Shown here piece after piece: positions 42,629-51,290 of a DNA stretch of 64,000 nucleotides. Below the pieces are notes generated by a model, which did not search any database, was not told where the DNA came from, and worked only from the letters and a program-made list of their open reading frames with translations. How positions within the stretch are numbered: position 1 is the stretch's first letter; every line of letters begins with the position of its first letter. Source of the stretch: an uncultured Actinomycetota bacterium (GTDB lineage: Bacteria; Actinomycetota; Actinomycetes; Streptosporangiales; Streptosporangiaceae); assembly GCA_963795055.1 (NCBI GenBank), contig CAWCGJ010000026.1, forward strand, positions 38,074 through 102,073, written 5' to 3'. The position numbers and the translations under genes were made by a program.

Positions 42629-42753
42629 GCTCGCCCCCCCGGGGATCTTCCCACCATACGCAGTGCCCGGCCCGCTGACCAGCAGGAGCGGATGAAGTCC
42701 GGCAGGTCCCGGACGGCGGATCAGGATGGTCCGGCTGCGCCGGCCGGCGAGCT

Positions 42754-42810
42754 CAGCCCGCCGCGCCGGACGGCCTGATCAGCCCGCCGCGCCGGACGGC
42801 CTGATCAGCC
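42754..42810. repeat. 26-bp tandem duplication (2.2 copies)
   Basis: CAGCCCGCCGCGCCGGACGGCCTGAT occurs at 42754-42779 and 42780-42805, followed by a partial CAGCC. It spans the stop codon of the DinB-like gene. Confidence 0.9.
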
Positions 42811-43327
42811 GGGTCGGCCCGGTGGCGGGAGGCCCGGTGTGGCCGTCGAGAAGTTCCCGCGCGGCGTCGAGGTGCCCGGCGTGCTGCGCGGTTTCCTCGA
42901 TCATGTGCAGGATGATCCATCTCAGGTTCACGACGTCGTCCGCGGACGGCCAGCCCCACTCGGCCCACTGCGGGTCGTAGCCGCGGGCCAGCGTGTCCAG
43001 CGGCATGGCCTCGATGATGGCGTTCGAGCGCCTGATCTCATCCCGGTAGAGGTCGAAGACCGCCTCGGCCGCGGTGCCCGGCTCCACTAGCCATGAGTCA
43101 TCTTCCGCGGGAACCTCGACCGGTTCGCCGGCCGCTATGCCACGGAACCAGTAACGCTCGTCATCCACGGCGAGATGCTGCACCAGGCCCAGGCAGGTCC
43201 AGCCCGACGGGAACACGGCGCGGCGGAGCGCGGCGTCCGGCAAGCCGTCGAGGACCGAGAAGACGGAGGCCCGCTGGCCTTCGAGGTAATAGAGCAGGGT
43301 CGCGGCTTCGGAGTCCACGCTGGGCAC
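42779..43327 (-). CDS. DinB-family / DUF664 mycothiol-transferase-like protein
   Basis: 182 aa. The pattern is a four-helix-bundle DinB_2 fold with conserved His residues (LVQHLAVDDERYW ... WIILHMIEETAQHAGHLD). Confidence 0.8.
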   Translation of the reverse strand: MPSVDSEAATLLYYLEGQRASVFSVLDGLPDAALRRAVFPSGWTCLGLVQHLAVDDERYWFRGIAAGEPVEVPAEDDSWLVEPGTAAEAVFDLYRDEIRRSNAIIEAMPLDTLARGYDPQWAEWGWPSADDVVNLRWIILHMIEETAQHAGHLDAARELLDGHTGPPATGPTRLIRPSGAAG

Positions 43328-43367
43328 GGTAACAGCGACTCGGACGGCTCCGGCGCGTCCGCGCGGG

Positions 43368-44501
43368 TCATCCGGCGCGGGCGGCCTCGATGTTGTCCGC
43401 CACGATGGCCAGGACGCGGTACACCGAGTGCGCGAACCGGGTGTACGGGGCGATGCAGAAGCACACCACGATCGTGGCGAGGTGGGCGATCAGCACCAGC
43501 CCGTAGGCGGGCGTCGCGCGCAGCAGCAGGGTGAGCAGGCCGGTGGCGGCCAGCAGGCCGAGCCCGATGAGCAGGCCGTAATCCGCGGCTCCCGGTGTCT
43601 GTTCCGGTGTCTCATCCGGCGCCTGCTCCGGGATCGCGCCCAGGGACGGGCCCGGGGCGGGGTCGCTGCGCCGGGCCAGGACGAAGAGCCCGGCGCAGCC
43701 GGCGATCATGCCGAGCCCGCCGGCCGTGCCGAGGATCACCGGGGCCGACAGCAGCGGGTACGGCGGGGGGATGCCCAGGATGTCCTGCATGAAGGCGGCG
43801 GCCACGGTGGCGGCGAAGCACGCCGCGAAGCCATAGAACACCGCCGCGTGCAGCCGGCGGCGGGCCGGCGATGGATCCGCGCCCGGGTAGTAGCAGTCGC
43901 CGCCGCCTCCGCGCAGGTAGGCCAGCCGCGCGGCGTAGATCAGGGCCTTACCCCACGCGGCCCGGTCGGCGAGCTCACGCAGCGGGCCGTGCGTGTCGTG
44001 CCAGTACCGGGCCATGGCCCGGAGCATGACCGCCACGCTCCACGCGGAAGGAAGCAGCACCGTCACCAGCAGCGCAGGGTAGGAGATCACCTGGTAGGGC
44101 CCGCCGCGGCGCAGCAGCGCGTCGATGCCCTCGGTGAGGGCGGCGAGCACCAGCAGCGCCGCCGTGACGCCGATGACCGCGCTCACCCGGGCGCTGCGGC
44201 CGCGGAGCCAGGCGAGCCGGGGCGGCAGGGGCACGTAGGCCCGGTACGTGGCCGCCCGCACCCGGGACAGGATCTCCGGCGGGTTGACCGCGAACTCGTG
44301 CGGCGGCGCGTACATGCAGGCGTAGAAGCAGGCGCGGCAGTCGTGGCAGAGATTCGCCAGGCTGGTGACGTCACCGGCCTCGAGGACGGTGCGGCGCTCC
44401 AGGGCCGGGAAGACCGCGCAGTAGCCTTCGCAGTACCGGCAGGAGTTGCAGATCCTCAGCTGCCGCTGCGCCTCCGCGATCAGCTCATCCATCATGGGCA
44501 T
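43368..44501 (-). CDS. tcuB: tricarballylate utilization 4Fe-4S membrane protein
   Basis: 377 aa from ATG 44501 (MPMMDELIAEAQRQLRICNSCRYCEGYCAVFPA ... CHDCRACFYACMYAPPHEF). Multiple TM helices follow. It overlaps the tcuA stop by 17 nt. Confidence 0.85.
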   Translation of the reverse strand: MPMMDELIAEAQRQLRICNSCRYCEGYCAVFPALERRTVLEAGDVTSLANLCHDCRACFYACMYAPPHEFAVNPPEILSRVRAATYRAYVPLPPRLAWLRGRSARVSAVIGVTAALLVLAALTEGIDALLRRGGPYQVISYPALLVTVLLPSAWSVAVMLRAMARYWHDTHGPLRELADRAAWGKALIYAARLAYLRGGGGDCYYPGADPSPARRRLHAAVFYGFAACFAATVAAAFMQDILGIPPPYPLLSAPVILGTAGGLGMIAGCAGLFVLARRSDPAPGPSLGAIPEQAPDETPEQTPGAADYGLLIGLGLLAATGLLTLLLRATPAYGLVLIAHLATIVVCFCIAPYTRFAHSVYRVLAIVADNIEAARAG

Positions 44502-45897
44502 AACGTGCGGCCTCGGCTCCGGCGATCCGTCCCCAGACACTGCCGATGGTAAGGCCGAAGCCCGCGAGATACCCCGTGGACAGGATGTTGCCGGACATGA
44601 TCTCGCCGGCGGCGAACACGTTGGCGAAGGCCGTGCCGTCCGTGCGCAGGACCCGGGCCTGCTCGGTGACCGCGGCCCCCTTGTAGGTGAACGTGATGCC
44701 GGGCCGCAGGGGGACGCCGTAGTAGGGCGGGGTGTCGATCGGCTGGGCCCAGTGGCTCTTGGGCGGGCTGATGCCCGCGGTGGCGCAGTCATCCAGGACG
44801 GCGGGGTCGAAGGTGCCGCCGGGCCGGATCGACGCGTTGAAGTCCGCGACGGTCCGCGCGACGGCCGTGGGGTCCAGGCCGAGCATCCCGGCCAGTTCCC
44901 CGGCGGAGCCGGCCTCGGCGGGGTCGTACATGGGCGGCAGGAACAGCCCCTGGACCTTCGCGTCCCACAGCGAGTAGGCGATCTGGCCGGGCTGCTCGGC
45001 GATGTTGCGGCCCCAGATTGCGTAGCGCTTCGGCCAGATCTCCTCGCCCTCGTCGTAGAACCGCCGCCCGCCGGAATTGACCACGATCCCGAACGGGATC
45101 GAGTCCAGCCGGGTGGCGATGCCGCCGTCGAAGCGCGGGGACCGCGCGTCGATGGCGACCGCGTGGAAGCCCCGTTCCTCGCCCGCGCTGGCGGCCCCGT
45201 GCCGGTACAGCGCCGCGATGACCCGGCCGTCGTTGTCCGGCGAGCCGCGGATGAGGAAGTTGTCCGCCGCGTCGCCCCAGTACCGGCGCAGCCAGGCGAG
45301 GTCGGCTTCGAAACCGCCGCTGGCGCACACCATGGCCTGGGCGCCGATCGTGCCGCCCCCGGTGACCAGGCCGAGGCACCGGTCGCCCTCCATGACCAGG
45401 TCCTCGACCGTGGTGCCGTAACAGACCGCGACGCCCATCTGGGCGGCGGTCCGGTGGTAGGTGTTGACCAGCGCCTTCCCCCCGCCGAGGAAGAAGCGGT
45501 TGGTCCGGCCGAGTTGCAGCGTGCCGGCCAGCGGGCGCTGCCACCGGACTCCGTGGTCGCTCATCCACCCCGGGACGGTCTGGGACTCGCGCACCGTCAG
45601 CTCGGCCAGCTTCTCGTTGCTCGGGCCGGTGCCGATGCCGCACAGGTCCCGCCAGAGCTCGTCGGCCAGGTACGGCCCGGTGGTGAACCCGTCCGCCCCG
45701 GCGTGCACGCAGCGGATGTTGCGGGTGTGGCGGGTGTTGCCTCCGCGCATCGACGCCTGGGCGCGCTCTACGAGCAGCACCCGCTGCGCGTGCCGCCGCG
45801 CGGTGATCGCGGCGACAAGTCCCGCGTTGCCGCCGCCGACGACGACGACATCCCACGGCCTGCCGCCGGAGGAGGGAGCCCCCGTGCTTGGGGTCAC
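44485..45897 (-). CDS. tcuA: FAD-dependent tricarballylate dehydrogenase
   Basis: FAD motif VVVVGGGNAGLVAAI, then NTRHTRNIR and FLGGGKALVN, all typical of TcuA. I prefer the start at GTG 45897 (GGAGGGA 5 nt upstream). The ORF track begins at 45924. Confidence 0.85.
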   Translation of the reverse strand: MTPSTGAPSSGGRPWDVVVVGGGNAGLVAAITARRHAQRVLLVERAQASMRGGNTRHTRNIRCVHAGADGFTTGPYLADELWRDLCGIGTGPSNEKLAELTVRESQTVPGWMSDHGVRWQRPLAGTLQLGRTNRFFLGGGKALVNTYHRTAAQMGVAVCYGTTVEDLVMEGDRCLGLVTGGGTIGAQAMVCASGGFEADLAWLRRYWGDAADNFLIRGSPDNDGRVIAALYRHGAASAGEERGFHAVAIDARSPRFDGGIATRLDSIPFGIVVNSGGRRFYDEGEEIWPKRYAIWGRNIAEQPGQIAYSLWDAKVQGLFLPPMYDPAEAGSAGELAGMLGLDPTAVARTVADFNASIRPGGTFDPAVLDDCATAGISPPKSHWAQPIDTPPYYGVPLRPGITFTYKGAAVTEQARVLRTDGTAFANVFAAGEIMSGNILSTGYLAGFGLTIGSVWGRIAGAEAARYAHDG

Positions 45898-46067
45898 CGG
45901 GACTCCCTCCGGACTAGGGCGCACCGGGGCTCAGGTACCCGCGGTGACGGCCGGCTCGGCGCCTTGGGGCACGGTCGCTGCCGACCGGGTGCACCAGCAC
46001 CGTCGGCGGCGGGTCCGGCGGGCGGGGTACCTGCGTCATCACCGACTCCTTCTCGGTGTCGGGGCCG

Positions 46068-47882
46068 TCACCGGCTCTCGGTGTCCGGCCAGCCGAATGT
46101 GGGTTCTGGATGGCGTAGCGGAGGCAGATCCCAGGTGGCGGCCGACGGCTGTCCCGGGTCCGCCGCGACGGGCACGTCGATCACGGTCGGCAGCCCCGAG
46201 GCGAGCGCGGTCTTCAGCGCCAATCCGAGGTCGCCCGGAGCCTCGACCCGCAGGCCCTGCGCGCCCATGGACCGCGCCATCCCCGCGTAGTCGGCGCAGT
46301 AGGGCTCGCCGGTGGCGGCGCGGCGGAAGCTCGTCGCCAGCTCCCGCCCCGGGCCGAAGTACCCGCGCTGCTGGTCCCGGATGGAGATGTAGCCGCCATT
46401 GTTCCAGACCAGCCACACCGCGGGCAGGGCGTTCTCGACGGCGGTGGCGACGGCGCTCGGCAGCATGAGGAAGCCACCGTCGCCGACCACGGCCACGGCC
46501 GGGGTGTCCGGGGCGGCCAGCCGGACGCCGAGCACCCCGGCCATCGCGAAGCACATGGACGCGAAGCCCCAGCTCTGCAGCAGGGTGCCGGGGGCGCCCG
46601 GCGGCCATTCCTGCACGATCCAGTTGTGGTGCACGCCGACGTCGCTGATCAGGATGCCGTCCTCGGGCAGCACCTGGCGAAGCTCCGCGAGCACCCGCTC
46701 GGGCCGCAGCGGGCTGGCGTCCGAGGACCGGTTCGGGGCGATGTGCCGTTCCCACTCCCGCGTCCACGCCTCGATGTCGGCTAGCCATCGGCTCGTGTCC
46801 GGCCGGCGCGTGCCTGGCCGGGCCATGCCCGGCCGGCCCTGGTCCAGCCCGGGGCGCCAGCCGTCGAGCAGCTGGCCGAGGACGTCTTTCGGGTTCGCCG
46901 CCACCCCGAGCGTGACCGGGTAGTTGCGCCCCAGCTCGGCGGGATCGATATCCACCTGGATCAGCCGGGCCGGCGGGATCGAGTAGGTGTAGCCCGGCAG
47001 CCAGGAGCTGGTGGACCGGTCGTCGAATCTGGTACCCAGGGCAAGGATCACATCGGCGCTGCGAGCGGCGCGGTTGGCCTGGTAGGTGCCGTTGCGGCCG
47101 GTCGCGCCGAGGTACAGCGCCGGCCGGAGATGGCCGGCTCCCTTGCCGAGCGGGGAGCTGACCACCGGGATGCGCGCGGCCGCGGCGAACGCGGCCAGCT
47201 CCCCCGCGGCTTCGGCGTTCTGCACGCCGTAACCGGCCACGATCACCGGCCGTTCGGCGGCCAGCAGCAGGGCCAGGATGGCGGCGACGTCGGCCCCGGC
47301 CGCGGCCGACCGGCGTGAGATGCCCCGCCGCCACTGGCCGGGGTCGGGGACCTCCTCGGCGGAGGTCTCGGCGAACACGTCGAGCGGCACGTCCAGGTGC
47401 ACAGGGCCGGGCCGCCCGCCGAGCATGACGGCGAAGGCCTGGCGGAGCATGAGCGGCAGCTGGCCCGCGCGCGTCGCCTGGAAGCTGCGCTTGACGTAGG
47501 ACCGCAGCACCCCCGGGGTGTCGGCCTGGTAGTGCCGGCCGGTCTCCTGGAACGGGCCGCGGTTGAACTGGGTCGTCGGCACGTTACCGGTGATGGCCAG
47601 GAAGGCCGATGAGTCCATGAGGGCCGACCCCAGGGCGACCGGGAGGTTCGCCGAGCCGGGCCCGACGGAGGTGAACGTCGCGAGCGGCTCGTGACGGACC
47701 CGGTAGTAGGCGTCGGCGATGAAGCCCGCGGCCGACTCATGGTGGACCGACACGGTGCGGATCTGCTCGCTGCGGTCGTACAGCGCGTCGAGCAGGCCCA
47801 GGTTCCCGTGTCCGCACAGGCCCACGGCGTACGGCACGCGCTCGCGGATGAGGTACTCGGTGATGATCTCCGCGCCCTTCAT
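46068..47882 (-). CDS. thiamine-pyrophosphate-dependent enzyme (acetolactate-synthase-like large subunit family)
   Basis: 604 aa. It has the TPP N-domain (GAEIITEYLIRERVPYAVGLCGHGNLGLLDAL ... GPGSANL) and the TPP-binding motif VVGDGGFLM...NNGGY. Confidence 0.9.
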   Translation of the reverse strand: MKGAEIITEYLIRERVPYAVGLCGHGNLGLLDALYDRSEQIRTVSVHHESAAGFIADAYYRVRHEPLATFTSVGPGSANLPVALGSALMDSSAFLAITGNVPTTQFNRGPFQETGRHYQADTPGVLRSYVKRSFQATRAGQLPLMLRQAFAVMLGGRPGPVHLDVPLDVFAETSAEEVPDPGQWRRGISRRSAAAGADVAAILALLLAAERPVIVAGYGVQNAEAAGELAAFAAAARIPVVSSPLGKGAGHLRPALYLGATGRNGTYQANRAARSADVILALGTRFDDRSTSSWLPGYTYSIPPARLIQVDIDPAELGRNYPVTLGVAANPKDVLGQLLDGWRPGLDQGRPGMARPGTRRPDTSRWLADIEAWTREWERHIAPNRSSDASPLRPERVLAELRQVLPEDGILISDVGVHHNWIVQEWPPGAPGTLLQSWGFASMCFAMAGVLGVRLAAPDTPAVAVVGDGGFLMLPSAVATAVENALPAVWLVWNNGGYISIRDQQRGYFGPGRELATSFRRAATGEPYCADYAGMARSMGAQGLRVEAPGDLGLALKTALASGLPTVIDVPVAADPGQPSAATWDLPPLRHPEPTFGWPDTESR

Positions 47883-47911
47883 CGGCCTCTGCGCCCTTCA
47901 TCAGGACTTGT

Positions 47912-47926
47912 TTGTGTATTACACAA
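47912..47926. promoter_or_regulatory. perfect 15-bp palindrome TTGTGTA-T-TACACAA in a divergent promoter region (candidate operator)
   Basis: It lies in the AT-rich 107-nt gap between the divergent TPP-enzyme and ALDH genes. A second small palindrome, GCAT-A-ATGC, follows at 47933-47941. Confidence 0.35.
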
Positions 47927-47989
47927 CATATTGCATAATGCGCGACCGTATGGCAGCCTGATGTCCTCCGTCAAGAGGGATCCCGGCCC

Positions 47990-49432
47990 ATGGCAGGACC
48001 GCTGGATGGCGCGACCGGCCTGCTCGTCGACGGCCGCTGGCACGCCAGCGGGACCGAGCTGGTGGTGACCGACAAGTACACGCTGCAGCCGTTCGCCACC
48101 GTCCAGCAGGCCCGTCCCGCCGACGTCGAGGCGGCGGTGGGCGCCGCGGCCGCGGCGGCGAGGTACCCGATGCCGCCGGCCCGGCGCCAGGACATCCTCG
48201 GCGAGGCGTCCCGGCTGCTGGCGGCGCGCCGGGACGAGATCTGCGCTACCTACGTCGCCGAGACCGGGTTCACGCTGCAGGACGCGGCGTCCGAGATGAA
48301 CCGCGCCGTGGCCACGATGCGGATGTCAGCCGCGGAGTCGGTCCGGATCGCCGGCGAGGAGGTCCCGGTGGCGGCCGCGCCCGGCAGCGAAGGCCGCCTG
48401 GCCTTCACTATCCGCGTGCCGGTCGGGGTGGTGGCGGCGATCACGCCGTTCAACGCCCCGCTGAACACGGTGGTTCACAAGATCGCCCCCGCGATCGCCG
48501 CGGGGAACGCGGTCGTGCTCAAGCCCGCCGAGCAGACCCCGCTGTGCGCGGTGGCGCTGGCCCAGGTCCTGCTCGACGCGGGCCTGCCGCCCGGCTTCCT
48601 GCAGTTGGTCTGCGGGCCCGGCGAGACGACCGGCGCGGCGCTGGTGGCCGACCGGCGGGTCCGCTTCTTCACGTTCACCGGGTCGGCGGCGGTGGGCCAG
48701 GCCATCAAGCAGAACTCGGGGATCGCCAAGACCCACCTGGAGCTCGGCTCCAACAGCGCCTCCATCGTGGCCGCCGACGCCGACCTCGACCTGGTGGCGG
48801 ACCTGGTCATCCGGGCCGGGTACCGCAAGGCCGGGCAGGTGTGCACCAGCGTGCAGCGACTGATCGCGCACGCCTCGATCGCCGACGATCTCACCGAGCG
48901 GCTGGCCAAGCGCGTAGCCGCGCTGCAGGCCGGGGATCCCCGGGCCGCGGGCGTCCAGGTCGGCCCGATGATCGCCCCCGCCGAGGCCGAGCGCGCGCAG
49001 GGCTGGATCCGGGAGGCGGTGCAGCGGGGCGCGGCGTTGCTGGCCGGCGGGGACCGTGACGGGCCCGTGCTCACCCCCGCGTTCCTGCGCGACCCGCCCG
49101 CGGACAGCCTGATCATGACCGGCGAGATCTTCGCCCCGGCCGTGGCGCTGGTGACCGTCGGCGGGCTCGACGAGGCCATCGACCTGGTCAACGCGGGCGA
49201 GTACGGGCTCCAGGCGGGGGTGTTCACCCGCGACCTCGACGCGGCCTTCGCCGCAGCCCGCCGGCTGCAGGTCGGCGGCGTGATGATCAACGACACGTCC
49301 AGCTATCACGCCGACGCCATGCCCTACGGCGGGATCAAGAACAGCGGCTACGGGCTGGAGGGGCCGCGGTACGCGGTCCAGGACATGACCGACTCGCGCA
49401 TCATCGTCCTCAACCTGCGGGAGGGCACGTGA
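47990..49432 (+). CDS. aldehyde dehydrogenase family protein
   Basis: 480 aa. Motifs include ITPFNAPLNTVVHKIAPAIAAGNAVVLKP, the catalytic Glu region ELGSNSA, and the catalytic Cys region GQVCTSVQR. Confidence 0.9.
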   Translation: MAGPLDGATGLLVDGRWHASGTELVVTDKYTLQPFATVQQARPADVEAAVGAAAAAARYPMPPARRQDILGEASRLLAARRDEICATYVAETGFTLQDAASEMNRAVATMRMSAAESVRIAGEEVPVAAAPGSEGRLAFTIRVPVGVVAAITPFNAPLNTVVHKIAPAIAAGNAVVLKPAEQTPLCAVALAQVLLDAGLPPGFLQLVCGPGETTGAALVADRRVRFFTFTGSAAVGQAIKQNSGIAKTHLELGSNSASIVAADADLDLVADLVIRAGYRKAGQVCTSVQRLIAHASIADDLTERLAKRVAALQAGDPRAAGVQVGPMIAPAEAERAQGWIREAVQRGAALLAGGDRDGPVLTPAFLRDPPADSLIMTGEIFAPAVALVTVGGLDEAIDLVNAGEYGLQAGVFTRDLDAAFAAARRLQVGGVMINDTSSYHADAMPYGGIKNSGYGLEGPRYAVQDMTDSRIIVLNLREGT

Positions 49433-49523
49433 CGCCAGCGGGAGAGCCCCCCACGCCGGCCGGAGGGCACGTGACGCCAGCGGGAGAGCCCGCCACGCCC
49501 ACCGGAGGGCGTGCGACGCTGCC
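49420..49523. repeat. 42-bp tandem repeat (about 2.5 copies) duplicating the ALDH stop-codon region
   Basis: GGAGGGCACGTGACGCCAGCGGGAGAGCCC... starts at 49420 and again at 49462. A diverged third copy starts at 49504. Copies 1 and 2 both contain ACGTGA, the ALDH terminal codon plus stop. Confidence 0.85.
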
Positions 49524-49527
49524 GCCG

Positions 49528-49716
49528 TCGGGGTGCAGTCTCGGCTGGCTGCACCTGGCCCCGCTGCCGGACGCGTTGCGCGCGCTAGCCCGGCAGGGAC
49601 TGCGCTCCCTGGAGCTGACCACCGCGCCGCCTCACCTGTCCGCCGACGCGATCGGGCCCTTCGAGCAGCGGGAACTCGCCCGGTTACTCGACGAGGCTCG
49701 CAGCCGCGGGGTGGAC
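49528..49716 (+). pseudogene. N-terminal remnant of a xylose-isomerase-like TIM-barrel (sugar phosphate isomerase/epimerase) gene
   Basis: About 60 codons, in frame with ORF 49429: GCSLGWLHLAPLPDALRALARQGLRSLELTTAPPHLSADAIGPFEQRELARLLDEARSRGVD. This is the typical N-terminal pattern of that family. It breaks off where the FAD enzyme begins. Confidence 0.4.
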
Positions 49717-49719
49717 CCC

Positions 49720-51285
49720 ATGATCCCGCCGTCGGCCGACGTGGTCGTGGCCGGCAGCGGCGCCGCGGGCCTCACGGCCGCCCTGGCCGCGGCGGTGGCC
49801 GGTGCGGACGTCCTCCTAGTGGAGCGCGGCGAGCGGCTCGGCGGCACGACCGCGCTGTCCGGGGGACGGGTCTGGGTGCCGGGTAACCACCTCCAAGACA
49901 CCGACTCGCGCGAGGCCGCCGCCTACCTGGACGGCCTGTTCAGCGACCGGTACCGCCCCATGACCGAGGCGTTCCTCGACACCGCGCCGGAGATGGCCCG
50001 CTTCGTCGAACGGCACAGCGCCCACCGGTTCGCCGCGTGCCCTCGCTACCCGGACTACCACTCGTCCCGGCCCGGCGCCACGACCGGCGGCCGGGCCCTG
50101 GACGCCCAGCCCATCGACACGCGCCAGCTCACCCCGCTGGCGGCCGACATCCTGGTCCCGCCGGGTTACCTGCCGATGTCCTTCGCCGAGTGGGAGAGCT
50201 GGCGTTACCCCGACCGGTTCGACTGGGACCTGCTGCGTCAGCGCGAGCGCGACGGCATCCGGACCGCCGGGGTGGCACTGGTCGCCGGGCTGCTCGACGG
50301 CGTGGTGAAGGCCGGGGCGCGGGTGCTGACCGGCGTCCGGCTGACCGGCTGCCAGCCCGGATCGGCCTGCCTGGAGCACGCGGGGCAGGTGACCACCATC
50401 GGCGCCTCGGCGGTGATCCTGGCCACCGGCGGCTTCGACCGGGACCGGCCGCTCTGGGCCCGGCTCAAGCCGCGGGCGCAGCGGGCCAGCGGCGCACCCC
50501 CGACCAACACCGGTGACGGGCTTCGTATCACCGAGCGCGCGGGGGCCAGGAGCGACAACCTGGGCGAGGGCTGGTGGATGCCGATGATCGCGATTCCCGG
50601 CGAGACGCTGCTGGACGAGCCGTTCTACCGATCGCTCGTCCGGGAGCGCGGCCTGCCGCGACAGATCATGGTCAACGCCTCGGGCCAGCGGTTCGCCGAC
50701 GAGGCGCAGCCGTACAACGAGATCGGCAAGGCACTGCACCGGCAGCCCGGGCCCGTTTACCTCATCTTCGATGAGGGCTACCGGGAGCGGTATCCGATGC
50801 CGGGCGTGGCCAGGGACAGGCCGGCGCCGGCCTGGGTCGCCCGCGGCGACTCGCTGGCTTCGCTGGCGGGCCGGATCGGCATCGGTCCCGAGGTCCTGGA
50901 GAGCACCGTCCGCCGATGGAACCACGCCTGCGCCGAAGGGGCCGACCGGGCCTTCGGCCGGGGCGAGAGCGCCTACGAAAGGTTCTGCGGTGACCCGGAT
51001 ATCGCCGCCGCCGGCTCGAACCCGTGCCTCGGCCCGATCGACCGGGCGCCCTATTACGCGGTCGAGGTCCTGGCCGGGACCATCGGGACCAAGGGCGGGC
51101 CGGTCACCGATACCGACGGCATCGTGCTGGCCGGGGACGGCTCCCCCTTCGCAGGCCTGTACGCGGTCGGCAACGCCGCTGCGTTCTGGACGGCGGACGG
51201 GTATCCCGGTCCGGGCGCCACGCTCGCTATAGGCATGACGATGGGATACCGGGCCGGGCGGCACGCGGGGCGGATCGTACGCTGA
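49720..51285 (+). CDS. FAD-binding oxidoreductase (FAD_binding_2; KstD / fumarate-reductase-flavoprotein-like)
   Basis: 521 aa from ATG 49720 (MIPPSADVVVAGSGAAGLTAALAAAVAGADVLLVERGERLGGTTALSGG). The upstream 97 codons of the ORF-track entry are repeat plus gene remnant. Confidence 0.85.
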   Translation: MIPPSADVVVAGSGAAGLTAALAAAVAGADVLLVERGERLGGTTALSGGRVWVPGNHLQDTDSREAAAYLDGLFSDRYRPMTEAFLDTAPEMARFVERHSAHRFAACPRYPDYHSSRPGATTGGRALDAQPIDTRQLTPLAADILVPPGYLPMSFAEWESWRYPDRFDWDLLRQRERDGIRTAGVALVAGLLDGVVKAGARVLTGVRLTGCQPGSACLEHAGQVTTIGASAVILATGGFDRDRPLWARLKPRAQRASGAPPTNTGDGLRITERAGARSDNLGEGWWMPMIAIPGETLLDEPFYRSLVRERGLPRQIMVNASGQRFADEAQPYNEIGKALHRQPGPVYLIFDEGYRERYPMPGVARDRPAPAWVARGDSLASLAGRIGIGPEVLESTVRRWNHACAEGADRAFGRGESAYERFCGDPDIAAAGSNPCLGPIDRAPYYAVEVLAGTIGTKGGPVTDTDGIVLAGDGSPFAGLYAVGNAAAFWTADGYPGPGATLAIGMTMGYRAGRHAGRIVR

Positions 51286-51290
51286 CGTGC

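Noticed and set aside
49429-49719. Taking GTG/ATG 49429 as the start of a 618-aa FAD enzyme
   Set aside because: The first 97 codons are tandem-repeat sequence plus a remnant of another gene family. The Rossmann GxGxxG motif begins right after Met-98 (49720), as in normal family members.
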